A stretch of 64,000 nt of DNA from Vicugna vicugna (Eukaryota): contig MU057576.1 of assembly GCA_013265495.1 (NCBI GenBank), positions 344,982-408,981 of the forward strand. The letters run 5' to 3'. Every line of letters starts with the position of its first letter. The stretch's first letter is position 1. Under the pieces are notes generated by a model. It saw only the letters and a list, made by a program, of their open reading frames with translations. It was not told the DNA's origin and ran no database searches. This document shows positions 37,787 to 52,700 of the stretch, piece after piece. Made by a program: the position numbers and the translations under genes.

Positions 37787-40700
37787 CTGCAGAGACAGCA
37801 AAGGCACAAAAGGTGGTGGGGTTACAGGCTGGAGGTGTGAATGGAGAGAAATGTGGGGCGATATCAGATACGAGAAGGGGCCATGGTGGACAAAGGTAAA
37901 AAGGGGATTCCTCAAGAGGGCAAGGCTCTGGGTCACTGGCTGCCATATCTTCCAGGATCCAGGTTTTAACGTAGGTCCAAAGAGGACAATTCTCTGTGCC
38001 CCTTCCATCCACTCCACCCACGTTTCCCTAAACCATACGCACCTCCGGGCTCTTTAGGACACAAAGAAGAGACATCCGCTGACTCTATGTCTTGGACCAA
38101 CCTATAAAGAAGAGAGTGCTTGATCAATCCAGTGTCAGCATCCCCTTCCACCCTCCTCAGCACCAGTGAACATTCACTCATCCGGTACAGTCCCCATCAT
38201 CTCATAAATCACTTTAAGAATTATCTGTCAACATTCTCTTCATCACCAAATTTTTCCCCAGTACCTCTTATAATCATGACACTTGCCACGTCAAATTCTA
38301 CAAATACTTCTAGCAGACTACAGAGAATTAAATTTGCTTGAGGTCTATCAGGAAGAAGTCTGGTGGGGGTGATTTAAAAGAAACAAAGGGACTTTCCAAG
38401 AAACGTTAACTGGCTGTCCACAACCACAAGATCTCTCTGGAAATCTTCTCTGTTAAAAGATTTCTCTATTAAGGGAAAGAGAAAATTTCTTTTCTATAAA
38501 AGCTAATCAAAATTCTGAGAGGGTCAGTAAGATGACTTTTTGTTTCAGAAAAATAGTTCGGCTAAGGATGCATCCGTGGTTGTCACTAGCTCTCAGCTGG
38601 TACTGAACACAGGGGGAATGAATCATCCACAGAACGTGTGAAAGTGTAAAGACTGGACCCTGAGGAAGGAGCTGGATTCATACATAAAACAGAAACAGAC
38701 TCACAGACATAGAAAACACACTTATGGTTACCAGGTGGGAAGGGATGAACTGGGAGTTCGAGATTTGCAGATACTGACAGGTATATATAAAATAGATAAA
38801 CAAGTACATACTGTATAGCACAGGGAAATATATTCAATATCTTGCAGTAACTTACAGTGAAAAAGAATATGGAAACGAATATATGTATATTCATGTACAA
38901 CTGAAGAATTGGGCTGTACACCAGAAATTGACACAACATTGTAAACTGACTATACTTCAATAAAAAGTAAAAAATTTAAAAAAAAGCTGGATGGAAAAGG
39001 AACCAGTAAGGGAGACAGACTGGTGAGGTAGGGAGGAAAATCAGGAGAACGCAGAGTCCTCGGAGGCGAGAGGATCGTGTATTTCAAGGAGGGAAGGAGG
39101 GATTTGTCAGCTGTGAGAATGCTTCTAAGAGCTCTTGTAAAATGAAAACGAAGTGAATGACCATGTGGAAATCAATCACACAGTCAAGGCAGGTCCAGCA
39201 GAGAGGTGGAGACACTGATGGGACAGCACCAGATGGACAGACAGGTAAGTTAGCACAGACTGACAGATGGATACACAAGAGACCCTAAGAAACACACAAA
39301 CAGAGACAGGGCAGCATTAACAGATGAGAAACACAGACAGACGTGGGTGGGCCAGAGCCCCGGGATATCAGGCGAGTGAGCAGCGCAGCCACTCACCCTC
39401 CACGCTCCCCGGCATGGGCCACACACGCATCCAGCCGGAAGCTCCAGGCGCAGACGGGGTCCTGGGCCAGGATGCACTCCGAGCAGCTCTGGAGACGGCC
39501 GCAGTCGGTTGTGTTCACTTGCGTCACCTCAGTTCGGGAGCCAATCAGGAGCCAGTTCTACGGAAAGGGAGTGGGGAAGAAGGATGCACTGGGTCTCCCA
39601 GACCTCAGGGTCACAGACTGGCCCTGGACTCGGCCGTCTCCCCACCAGATTTGCTGAAAGCTACAACTCACTTGATACAATTTCATACTGTCAACTGGCT
39701 GCGGCTCTGGGAATAGGGCCAGATCCTCGAGGACGCTGAGCTGGGCCCCGATCTGCACTGCTCGGTGGAGGTGTCCATCCCCTAGGAAGCAGGCAAGGGG
39801 CAAGACGTGGTAATGCAGGCATCCCTGTGCCTGTGACTCTGACACCTGTACGTATGGGGCCCCCGTGACAAGAGCCTGTGTGCACTGGATAGGCAGCTTG
39901 CTTGGCCATGACACATACCTGTCCCCAGGTAGAGCACATCATACTCTTTCCCTGAGAGGCTGGGCACCCTGTGGGCCACGAGCCTGAGATAGGCCGTATC
40001 TGTAGTGACCAGCACGGAGCGGCCATCCGCTGGAAACACTGGCTTGTCCATGAGTGGGTGGTCCCGGATGAAGGTGAGCACACGGTCAGGCAGGAAGAGC
40101 GAGGAGCTGAACTGCTGGAGCTTCATGTTGTTGGTGATGCACTAGGGGGAAACACAGGGTGCACGGCCAGGCTTCCCAGGGGCCGGGAAGTGTCTGTGAT
40201 GCTTAGATGGGCCTGGTCCTAAAGGGGCAATTCAGGCACCGCGTGGGATAAGGAACTGTCCCCTGCCCCCTCACCTCCCCGGGTCTGGGCTGCGGCACGT
40301 CATTGTCCATGACGGGCAGTCCCCTGTTGCAGTCATGTCTCAGCTCTCTGAAGGAACCATTCAGCACCGTCCGAATGTCTTGTGGGCGGAAGGCACACAC
40401 AGCAGACATGGCAGCCCCTTCCCTAGAAGAGGCAGCCACATGTTCGAGCCAGATATTTGGAGGAAATTGGGGGAGGCAACTCACCCCGACAAATGCGATG
40501 CCGCACGAGAGATGCTCCAGGGCGCAGGGAAGCACCCCCGACTCCGGAGGACAGAGCTTTGACCCCACCGAGCCCAGGTGTCGCCCACCCTGTAACTCTC
40601 CACAGCAGGACCCCTCACCACTGGGAAGAAAAGATGCCATAAAAGATGGGGGTCCCTCCTCCGTGCGCAGGTCGAAGAATGGCCATGTCCTGCAGGACGC

Positions 40701-43700
40701 TGGCGGCCTGGCCATGCTCAGGCCCTGGACACAGCAGGTCGGCCTTCAGAAAAGTCGTCCACTTCTGCTGGAGAGTCTTCCGGCCCCCAAGATCCCCCTG
40801 GGGTAACAAGCACATGGGAGTTCTCTTTAGAAGACCAACACTGGGGGAGGACTGCGGAGACCAACACAAGTTCCCCCAGACAGACAGAGAGGGAGACAGA
40901 CACACAGGACATCTGTCTATGCATGCAGGGCAGAGACACAGACAGAGTAACTGAGGAGGGCAGGGCGACAACAATGATGGTGACTAAGTTCACTGTGCAC
41001 TTATGAATTACTGTACCTCGCGCTTTAATTTACCTCCTTTAGTCCTCAAAACAGCCCTCAGAGCTAGGCGTCATTAACACCCTCGTCTGTAAGGATGCTG
41101 CCCAGTCACAGAGGCAGTCAGCAGTGCGGCAGGGACCTGAACCCACGTCTGTCTCTCTATAGTTCCTGCCTTTAACCTCTGCACTACCTCCTGGGGACAG
41201 TGTCACAAGGGTAATTACGGGGGTAAAAGAGGCCAGAGTCCTTCCCCACATTCCTCAGGCTCCCAGAAAAGTAGCCAAGGCCCAGCAAAAAGGGAGACAG
41301 GGGACAGATGCAAAGACAGAGACCCAGAGAGGGAAAGACAGGACAACAGGCAGCAGAGCAAACAGGACAGGCAGCTGGGGGCAGAGCCTCACCGCGCACA
41401 CACGGGCCACCCTCGGGACCTTAAAGTGCTCGTATGAGTCAAACGCTCGGGAAATCTCCGTAAAGAAGAAGTAGATTTCATCGTCTCCGTCTTCATCCCC
41501 CCACTCGGCTGGGCTCAAGGCCACGGCTGCAGCAAAGGCTGGGGCTGGGGAGACCAGCGGCCTCAGATTCCACAGACACAGCCTGGGGCCACCCAGCCGC
41601 CACCCACTGTGTCCCCAGATAGCCAGCACTCCCTCCTCTCCCCACCGTTAAGCCAGGATGGCAAGGTCTCTGTGCGAATCCAGTCCTCAGCACGACCCAC
41701 AGCCCGGGAGATGATCGACTGGGTCCCCAGGTAGTTTTTCACAGTGGCCGTGTAGAGGACGCCCCCTGCAAGGGCGACAGGATGGAGAGGGACTGTCAGA
41801 GACTCACTGAGGAAGCAGAGGGGGTCGCAGGCCGAGCAGGGAGCACAGCGGGGGTAAGAAATCGCAGGCAATGCTAAGCATGATGGTCACTCTCTCCCTT
41901 AAACAAAGGGCTACAGGGCAGTAAAGGGAACCAGGAACCAGTCCCTGTGGAAACTGAGATGCTTTTTGTTGTTGGTCTGTTTCTTGTTGTTATTTTTAAG
42001 GCCTATCTATCCTGTAATATGCTAATTACACGGTAATTTTTCAGGAAGGGTTTGCTCTGCAGCACGTTCCCATCTCACTGGAGTTCTCCCGCTGTGTAAA
42101 CTTCTGAGGGTCAGTGGGTGTGTGCGGCCGTGGAACAAGTCACAGCTTTAGCGTATGTTAGCATCACTTCAGGAACTGATCCAAATGCAGATTCCTGGGC
42201 CCTGGGCCCAGCAATGCTCACTCAGTAGGGTTGGGGATGTGGCCCAAGAGCTACATTTCAAACAAGCAGTTGGAATTACCCCGACATGGGTGGTTCAAGA
42301 GCTCACTTTGAGAAATACCAACCTAGAAGATCACTGCATGTCCCGCTGCCAGCCACGGGAAGCAACGAGGATCAGATCCTCTCCTGGTTCAGCTGGGGGA
42401 CAGAAGTGCTCTAGGGACTGCGGGGATTGGAGAAGAGAGGGGATCACAGGCATTCTGGGAAGGAAGGGCAGCTGCAGCTCTGTGGGCTGAATGCCAGAGG
42501 ACCAGAGCCACTCTGAGTAACAAGGCCAAGGCCTCGGATGTGAGTGGAGAAGGGGCAATAAAAGGTCACAGATCCCCTGGTGGAGTTCTGAGTATCACAG
42601 GGACTCTGGAGAGAACAGAGAAGCATTCCTTCATCACCTGTTACATAAAAGGCCCTGTGCTGGGTGCTAAGCATGTCACTGCCCCCCCCCCCGCAAGAAT
42701 TCCCACTGGAGTCTGGAAGACAAACTGGAATCAGACACCAGGTGGCATGGACTCAGATGTGTGCAGGAGCACAGAGGACCCAGGCACGTCTCACGGGGGA
42801 GCAGCATCTCAGAGGTAACGTCTGAGCTGCGTCTGAAGAATGAGCAATATGCCGGCCAGGACTTCAGAAGAGGGGAGCCGTGTTCAGGGATGTGGGGACC
42901 CCCTGTGGCTGAAGCTCTGGCAGGGCTCAGGGGCTCCGGGGCAAGTGAGCAGAGATGAGCCGGAGGGGTAGAGACAGGCACCCCACAGTGATGAGTCTGC
43001 TCTGCCAGGGAAATGTGCACTTTAGCCTAAAGGTGAGAATCAAACTGAGATTTTTCTTGAGGAGGAGTGACGTAATGGTTTTGGTTTTTAAGAAGACAGT
43101 GCTAGTTACAAGGCCCTTCACACAGTCCAGGCAAGAACGGAGGGCCTGAACAAGGCACTGGCAGAGGGAGAAAGGGGGATGGATTGGGGGGCTATTTCAG
43201 AGGCAGAGCCCATTAACAAGATTTGAAAATCGACTGAGTATGAGTTGTGAAAGAATGGAGTAAAGTAACGCCTGTAAGGTTTCCACTTAGAGGATGGATG
43301 ACAGTAGATGGTGATGCTATGAACCACGTGAAGAAATGGTAAAAGGCTCAGAAAGGAGGTGGCTGGAGAGAGGTGAGTTCAGTTGTTGGACACACTAAGG
43401 GTGAAGCACCTTCAGGACACCTGGTGGAGATACTGGAAGGCAATCAAACAGAAAGGTGTGGGCAACACAGGCAGCAGGGCCAGAGTCAGGCAGCTTGGTA
43501 GTCCTGACCGCCAGGGAGAAAGGAAATCGAGAAGAGAGCCCTGAGGCACCACCATTTGAAGGCAATCAGAGAAGATCGAGCCAGAGAGGCTGGAGGAGCC
43601 TTTTCTTGCTTGGGAACCCCAGCAGGACCCTGAGGGCACGTGCGCGGGGCCCGGGGTCACAGAAGCTTGAGTGGAGCTGCATGTCTCAGGCATTGAAAAG

Positions 43701-46700
43701 ATAACCACTGATACTTTGAAAACACTTTAATGCAGAGCAAAAAGGGCCAGGAGCCCTCTGAGGGCAACAAGGAAAGATTAGAAAATCCCTTCCTTACAGG
43801 GTAGGGAGGGGAGACTTGGGTTTGTGAAAAGAATCCAAGCACTTTGGGGCCAGGAAGGCTTGGGTCTGCACACTTACTACTAGTAAGATCTCAGGCAAGT
43901 TAACCTTTCTCAGCCCTGAGTTCCTCAAATGCAGACTGAGGAGCCCACCACCTTCCACTCAGAGGGGAGCTAAGGAGGCCGCCCCAGGCAGGGCCTGGCA
44001 CATGGCTGCCATTCAACACGTGTTAGTTGCAGCTCCTTATGAACCATAAGGGGCCATAGGCTTGATCTGCTGCCATAGGTGGGGAGGGGGTAAGGCGGGA
44101 AGCCCCATGGAAAAGACCGGCAGGACCCCCAGGCAGGGCCACTACCTCCTGCCAGGACCATCCGGTTCCCTGGCCCAGAGGCTCTATCTCACTTTTTGCC
44201 TCTGAGGCAGCTTACTTCTAGGAAACTGGAACTTACCCCTAAAATTCTACTGGTTTCCTGAGCTCACTCCTGATTGGTCCATTTGTAGCACTTCATTTGC
44301 ATGGAGCACACTCCTGATTGGTTATTTCTCTCCCTCCTGATTGGTCCATTTCTACAAAGCTTGTTCCTAATTAGTCAACTTTTGTTATACTTTATTTGCA
44401 TATGATGTTGCAAAGTGTAAACTGGCAGCCTATAAAGGCCTGTGTAAGCCTACAGACGGGGTCCAGAGCTTGGAGTGTTAACTCCCTTGGGTCCACTGGC
44501 ATAATAAACCTGAATTCTCCAACTCTCCGAGTTCTGCTTGGTCTCTCGACGGATCCATGTTGCTGTCACAACTGAGTTGTAACACTAAGCTGTAACACTG
44601 AGCTGTGACACACTTTTCTGCAACAGGGGACAACCATAAAATGACATCCCATTCCCTTCCAGGTATGTCAGGAGGGGAAAAAAAAAATCAGGTTTGGGGC
44701 AAAGGTTCTGGCAGCAAACAGAGCAACAAATGAGGCAACCCTTAGCTCCAGGGGGGAAAAGTTGATATAGAAGCCAGAACTGTAATGAAAACTTTCCCTA
44801 AAAAGGTGTCATACACAAAACACTCTAAAAGCAAAACTGTGACAGAAGCTGTGTCATGGATACCCTGAGAATGGGGGAAATGTGGTGGAGGAGACAGTTA
44901 TGTATATTTTGGAAGCATTACTTGGTGTGTTTAGGCAGGGGGTGGGGGTGGGGGGAGTCATAAATATTCTAGAAACATGGAAAGGACCACAGATAACCAT
45001 GCAAGGACCTAGTGGTGGATGGAGGTAAAGTCCCAAAACGTTCTCAGGGATCAATGACAGTCAATTTCACATATTCTGTTGCACTGTTCATATAATAAAA
45101 TATCCCTGTATGTGCAACTGTTTGGCAAATTATTACTGAATAGATCAAGCCAGAAAACATGAAACACACATCTGCTATTGGCAAAAGCGGATGTGCAAAA
45201 GAGAGTGACGCCCACAGTGTCGAGCTCAGCGAACAAGCTGGTTAGAAAAAAAAGACCAGGCATAATTCAACCCAATTTTTAAAAATACGTATATATGTCT
45301 GCAGGCACAGGGAAGACTGAAGGAACTACAGCTCTACAGTGCTACTGATGTTTGTTTCTGACCAATGAAATTACAAGTGATTTTCATGTTCTTTGTACTT
45401 TTTTATATGCACTGAATTTTTTTTTTTTTTTTGTAGTTAGCATCTTTTCTTTTTAGAACCTTCCAAATTAAGACACTTGCATTTTGGAAATATAAGAGGA
45501 AAAATAATAAGATTGAAAGCCACCAAGATGAAGAATCACAGTCAAAGAAAAATCACAATTACGTGTGGAAACAGACCTCTACCTGCTCAGAGGTAGAGCC
45601 TGTGAATGTAGGCCGCCCACATATGGTAACAACCCAACACAGACAGGCTTGGATATGAGCCATGATGGTGACTATTTCACTAAACGCTGGGGGATTCAAA
45701 TTTTCACTCTGGTAACAAAACGCTCACTTTCACACAAGGTTTACAATAGAAAGTTGCCATTTACTTGCTTTAAAAAGAGGGTTTTAAACATGACCTGGCC
45801 TTCCTTCCTCTACTCCTTTTTCTTCTCACAGTCAGAGCTTCACAGGAGAGACAGCTCCTGCCCTAATAGTCTCCATTTCCTTGTCTAAGGATTAAGCCAG
45901 CTGTATATATTTTTTCTTTTTAAACAGCCTAATACCAGGACATAATTATAGATCATTGGAGACGCAGGGTTTACTCTGCTTTTTCCACTGCTGGCCATAT
46001 AGGATTCCTGTAACTATCTTGTTTGGGTGTGTGAATGCTAGTATTGGGCACACACACATGGATTTAAGAGAAAAGCTTGACCCTAAAACGCTGGCAACAC
46101 CCTAGTGCATTGGGAACACATGCAATACTCCAGGACAGATGCAATAATCACAAGATGCAATCAGCCCAAAAGGAGACAATGAAAACACAAGATGGGCTGT
46201 CAAAGAGAAAGAGCAAAAGCTCCCTTCTTCTGTTCTTGATAAAAGCCCAATTTATTACTGGATGTGATAGAGAGGACCAAAGATAACTGATCACTGTCTC
46301 CAGCTTGGGACCTTGGGTCATGGCACTGTGCACTCACAGGAGGGGACACTGGTGGAGGAGAAGGTCCGGGGGAGCTCAGTTTGAGATACGCTGATTTTGA
46401 GATTCCTGTGGCACACTGAATTGGAGATGTCTGGAAAGCAGCTGGATGTGAGGTCTGTAGCTCCAGATAATGGATGAGAAGTATCAAAATACAGTGGACA
46501 CAGAACCCCTGGGGCTGGCCGACATCCCAATTACACAGAATGCAAGAGAAGAGGATCTTGGGTGGAGCTCCAAAACTGAAAGGATCAGCAGAAGACAAAA
46601 ATCCTACAGGGAAGACTGAGAAGGAACTGCGAACATCCTTGGGCTCCTGTTAATGTTACTGTCAAAACATCTGAATTTTTCCAAACTGGAATACTTCAAA

Positions 46701-49700
46701 TAGAGACCTTGAGATCATTTTGTTAATCTTCTCTAAGATTAATGTTATATCTGAAGACAAGATTTCTGAGGCTTTTTCCTAAAGAAATCCAAGACCAATA
46801 AACACGTGAAAAGCTGTTCACTCTCACTAATTGAAATGCAAATCAAAAGCATCAGATTGGACTTTGGAGGAAGGCACTGTTGTATGTTTATTAACTATAT
46901 TTTTAGGGACTGACAGGGTATAATGAAACAGGCCCTCTCACCACTGCTGGCAGGACTAACTGGAGAGCAGTTTGGCCAAGACCATCAAGCATGATAAAAA
47001 TCTTTTACATCCTTTGGCCCAGCAATCCTGCTTTTTGGATTAATTCATGCAGGTGATTATATTCATGTAAAGGATTTACATAAACGTTTATGTTAAAGGA
47101 TTCCTTCTGCAACATTATTTATAAAAGAAATTATTTTAAAATCTGAATGTATAATTATATGGGAGTAATTAAATAATTGTGCTCCATCCATATGATGAAA
47201 GAGAAAGTCATCATTAAAACTCATGTTTGAATAATTAAATTCTATGATGAGAAAATGTTCAGCATACAATAGTAAGTGAAGTACACGTGATAATTCCAGC
47301 TTATTACAAATACACACAAGAGTGTAAGAAAACACTCCAAAATAATAACAGTGGCTACCTGGTGATGACTGAATTACAATCAACTTTTCACTTTCTTCTT
47401 TATATATTTCTATATTTCCTCAATTTTCTATAATGCACATTGCAATTTTCATAATTTAAAGTAAAAAATGTTCCTGCTTTTATATTCTAATATTATATTC
47501 TAATATTTTCATTACTAAGAGCTCTTTTTATCTCAAAATACCTCCATTATCCTTAAGAACAGCTGTATAGCTCTGAACTGGGAATTTTGATTCTAATTCT
47601 TAAATAATGTCGCCAGTATTTCCTATACTGCTATTTTCAAAACAGAGGGATAATGGATCAACACTGGAAGCTCCAACTAAACACTGGCACTTATGTCTGA
47701 CCAAGAAAAAATATAAATCATAGCCTTCTCAAGAACTGCAGAGGAAAACTTGCAATATTGATACAGGCTATTATTTGGATCTGAGACAGAAAAAGCCATG
47801 GAGGTTCTATGTTAACTGTCTTGAGCTAGTCATTCTAAACCATTAGAAAGTGATTTCTTATCACCTCCATCAATCATCAGCTGAAAGGCAACACTGAATT
47901 TCATTATCTTGGGGAAAGGAAAAAAAGAGACTTGAAATCTCTTTGAAAATGTTCTTTGTTAAATATGATCTTATTTATGAAATTTGTATCCATAGACTAC
48001 AAGCTAATGTGAATCCAACTGCTGAGTGGAACGCAGACAAAATACACACAGAGGGTTGAATATACTTCAAGATTACTGCTTGAAACAAAAAGAAAAGTTA
48101 ATTATTTTAGATTGTTGCCATTGAGAAGTCATTTTGTTGATTAACAATTATACAGCATCAAGAGACATTCACAGTTGCTAAAACTGAGAAATCTTTCTTA
48201 ATGAGCCTAATGACTGGCTCAGAGTTTTGCCCAAAATGCTTGACAAAAAGCCAAGAAAAATAAACAATTAACTAAACTCTTATTCATATATGTATGAGTA
48301 TAAACAAGTCTCATTGATTTCAACTGTAGATGAATAATAAAAATGACAACCCAAATATTGTATCTACTAGCTATATACTTTATGTTCATTTTCCAAAATT
48401 GTTATTTCATTGCATTTTAGAAAAGGTAAATCACTGACACAATGAGTGATTTAATTCATATAGCTTTTAAGACTTTTCCTACAAATGAAGTCATGCATAA
48501 GAAAAGTTTCATTGTTAGATCTTTTAGCCCGATTTCTGTTTCCCATCAAATACTGTCCAAAAGTATTGGTAAAAATTAACTTTATGATAAAGTTCGCAGG
48601 AACTTTAGCGATGAAAGGAGAAACAGTATGATGCATGATGCTAAGTCAACTGATTAGCTAGCTGGAGAAAATCAATTTGAATTCCCTTCTCATGCCATTT
48701 GTCAAAACAAGTTCTAAACAGATCAAAGAGTTAAATGTTTGGGGGGAAAATTTTGTTGTTGTTGAAATATAGTTGATTTACAATGTTGTGTTAGTTTCTG
48801 GTGCACAGCATGATGATTCAATTGCACATATAGAAATCCTTTTTCATATTCTTTTAGGGGAAAATTTTTTAAGAAGAAAAATCTTATCTGCTCTCTAACT
48901 GAAGAAGGATTTAGCTTAAAAAATATAATCACAAAGAAAAAAATGTAGATTGGAACACGAATATCCTACCTGAGGATCGGCCCAAGAACATGAGCAGAGG
49001 ACTGACCAAAGAAGAAATAAAAATAGATGCTAAAACACAAAAAAAGCTCAACTTTGCTAATATTCAAAGACATGTAAATCAAAACAAGGTGCCATTTTTA
49101 GCTTCAAATTAGCACAAAATAAATTTAATGAGAATACTACAGTGTGGTGAACTTTATGTGAGAAAAAAACTCACATTCACTGCTGATTTAGGGTGTAAAT
49201 TGGTATACCCTTTCTAAAAACTCAATTAGCAACAGATAATGAGCCATAAAATATTCACACCCTTTAGCAGAGTAATCCAAGAGACTTAAGGACACAGTCT
49301 AAAGTGAGGATAAAAATTTATGGACAAAAATGTGCATTACAGTATTGCAGACAATAGCAAAAACTTTGAAGTAAACTAAATAAACTTGAAAATAAATGTA
49401 CATGATTTAGAATTCCTTAATTAAATTATGGTATGCTCAGAGGATGAGTAGTATGGTGTCAGTAAAATTTTTATCTACAAAGAATTTTAATTTTTTTTTA
49501 TCCTTCTGAGGGATACTTTTTTAAATTGTATTTTTTTCTTTTTTTGATGTGGGGGTAGGTAATTAGGTTTATTTATCTTTGGAGGAAGTACTGGGGATTG
49601 AACCCAGGACCTTGTGCATACTAAGCATGCGCTCTACCATTTGAACTACACCCTCCCCACTAAAGAATTTTTTAATTATATAGAAATGCCTATGATATAA

Positions 49701-52700
49701 AGTTACATGACAATACTCAAAACTGTATCCACGTTGCATGACATTTACAAGTTCATGAAACACACACTCATTCTATTAACCTGCTTTTTTTGCACTATCA
49801 TGGGAAGAATGGCTGGATTCTCCCTGAACCTGGAGTGTGTGTGGAGTGGTCTAAACAAAAATACAGACTATGTGGCACACAAAACAGCTCCTGCTACCAA
49901 GGAATTAGGCAATCATTCTTCAGGAAAAGTTTAGGCACAACCTGTGACAGAACCATTCAGCACCTGAGCAACTGTGTAGGTATAGCTTGTTCAAAGGAAA
50001 TAATAGTAGCAATTTATTAATAGTCATTACTGATTCCTCTGAGCAACAAAGGACTGGTCAGCCAAACACACATGCATGAGTACATATCCACGTGCACACA
50101 TACGTTAAAAAAGCTAGAAGGAAATACCTAAAATATTAGCAGTGGTTTTCAGAGTGGGGATCCTCTAGAACCATGCTGATATGGTAGCTACTAGATGCAA
50201 ATGGCTGTTTACGTTCAAATTAAAATTATACGTAAAATTTAATATTCTTTCCTTCAGTGGCACTAGTCACATCTCAAGGGCTCAGTAACCAACTACACGT
50301 CACTAGTGGCTACCGTATTAGACAGCAAAGATACAGAACAATTCCACGGTCATATAAAGTTCTTTTGGACCCTACTGTTCTAAAAGACTTCTTATGTCCT
50401 TCTTTACACTTTTTGCAAATTTATTACAATATGCATAGTAGTAGATTCCTCTTATAAACAGGAAAAAATGACTAAAAGAAATGAGGTTAACAGAGGAAGC
50501 ATTCACTCTAGAGATGCAAGGGAAATGATACTCTGGGGAGGGGGAAGCAGGCGGTCACAAGCGCTCAGGGAAGAACAGGGAAGGCTAGAAAGAGATGTGG
50601 GAATAATAGACATTCCGAGGAAAGGGAAGAAAGGACACAGAAATTCCAACAGGAGGGGTGGGAAGGAGGCAATTACAGCAAGGCTCTTGTCTCTCCCCAC
50701 TCACCAGCCATTACAGCTGCTGACCGCTGAGCTGGCTCAAAAGGGCATTTCCCCCGGCCACTCTCAAGTCTTTCCACCTCCTGGAAACTGGACACATCCT
50801 ACAGACCAGAAGGGGGCAATTGGTTTAGAGGTCATGGGGAGGTTCATGGTGAGAATAACAAAGATGGTCAGATGAAGAACAAACCCAATTCCATTCCCCT
50901 CCCTCCTCCCCCCGCTCCCCCACTACCATTACCATATTCCCAGTCTGCTGATCCGGGCTCCCCCACCCACAACTTCATTTCCCATCTCTGCCATCCCTCT
51001 TTTCAGTTTATTTCTCTTTCCTCAACTCCCGTGGCACCCAACCCCCATGTGCTCTGATGAAGGCTATACCTACGATTACCCTAGAAGACACTGAGAGGCT
51101 GAAAGGCAGATCTTTCCTCTGAAATGCCGAACTGTACGGTCTGCAGATTGCCTGAGGATGTGCTGCAGGACAAGGAGGACCAGGGGAGAGAGCAGGCCTC
51201 CCAAGGGCCAGAGCACTTGGGAAGGGTAAAGAAAGTGCTTCATATCATAGGCATTTCTATATAAAGCACTTCAGATAGGGAGGACCATCTGCAGCCCATG
51301 CGTCTAGAGAGAAGGGCCACCCTTCCCCTGCTCCCACCCCATGAATAAAAGACAGAACCAGAATCAAGGATACACAGAAGCAAGGAAAAGCATCTGTAAA
51401 GTCCATGAAGACCTGAAGGTCAGGTCAGAATTTGAGGCTTTGGCAAGGAAGTGTCTTCCTCAGTCAGAGACTCCAGAGGTACTGAGGCGGGGGGTGGTGT
51501 GAGAGTTCCACCAGAGCCAGCCAGGTGTTACCTTTCTTAACTGAGCATCCAGCACTAAAAGAGGCTTCAAGATAGCATGCAAAAACGAAAATCCAGATTT
51601 TTAACCTGGACTGACAGGGAAGTTAATTGTGGCCAGTTAGGGGTCAGAGTTACGGCATGGAAGTGCCAGGCGTGATATTTCCAGTTCACAAACTAGGGTA
51701 GGGCACGGTGCTGCTGAGGCCTAACCACTGTGACGGCAGCTGGAGACAAGCAGCGGAGCTCTCCACCCCCTCGGCACCCTGGCCTGCTCTGACTGCTCTC
51801 TACCTGCTGTACTTGGCAAACATGGTTTTGTGTTACTGAAAGAGCCTGGAAGAAGGCCTGTTAGAATTGGATGTTATCTGAGTCCCCCTCCAAAAGAATA
51901 CTAGGTCAAGAATCTTCTGGAATGGAGGACCCCACAGAAGCACAATCTCCTCCCCGGTGTGGCAGTGGGATCACCCCAGCCTAGGGAGAAAGATGGCAGT
52001 TCAGTGAGAGATGACCAAGATGTTTGGGCACTCTGGGCATGGCGTATGTCCCACTGCTGACGCCTGTCTTATCTCTCACCTAAACTACAAGACTCCCACC
52101 CAAGGTTAACATTCCTACACTACCGGTCACTGCCTTGGTAAGTACTCAAGCCAGAGAAAGACGAAAACGGCTCACTATTGCCTCTTTAGTGCAAACTGCT
52201 TATTTTCCAATACCTCAGAAAATGAACTCTTTCTTCTAACCAAACCTGGAATCCTGTTATTCCTAGAAAACCAAGTACATTTTTCCCATCTCTATGCCTG
52301 AAACGACTCCCTCATGTTTCACTTAGGACTTAAAAAGAACGAGCTTTTGCTCAGTTCTCATTCTCTTCCATCTTCATGCACCATTGGGTACTTTTGATTC
52401 ACTTCCCTCCTTGCAATATTCTATTTCTTAACTCTCTTGAAATTCTCCCCTCCTGGAGTCCCTCCTCCTGGCTGTTGTCTCTTTATCTCCTTTGGTTGTT
52501 TCTCTTTTCCTTTCTAGCCTCTCACCGTGTGTCCTTACTCCTTTTCACATACACTTTAAAGATCTCGTTCATTTTTACATTTCCAGCCAGACTTTCTATG
52601 CAGATCATTCCCCAAACTCTCCTAGTCTGATGTCTTCCAAACTTGATTGCTGGCCTTCCTCACAGAGATGACCTACCAGCCCCTTGAAACTCAACATGTC

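Noticed and set aside
51233..51271. miR-302/372-like microRNA hairpin (AAGTGCTT seed)
   Set aside because: The stem is only 8 bp with a 23-nt loop, far too short for a pre-miRNA.
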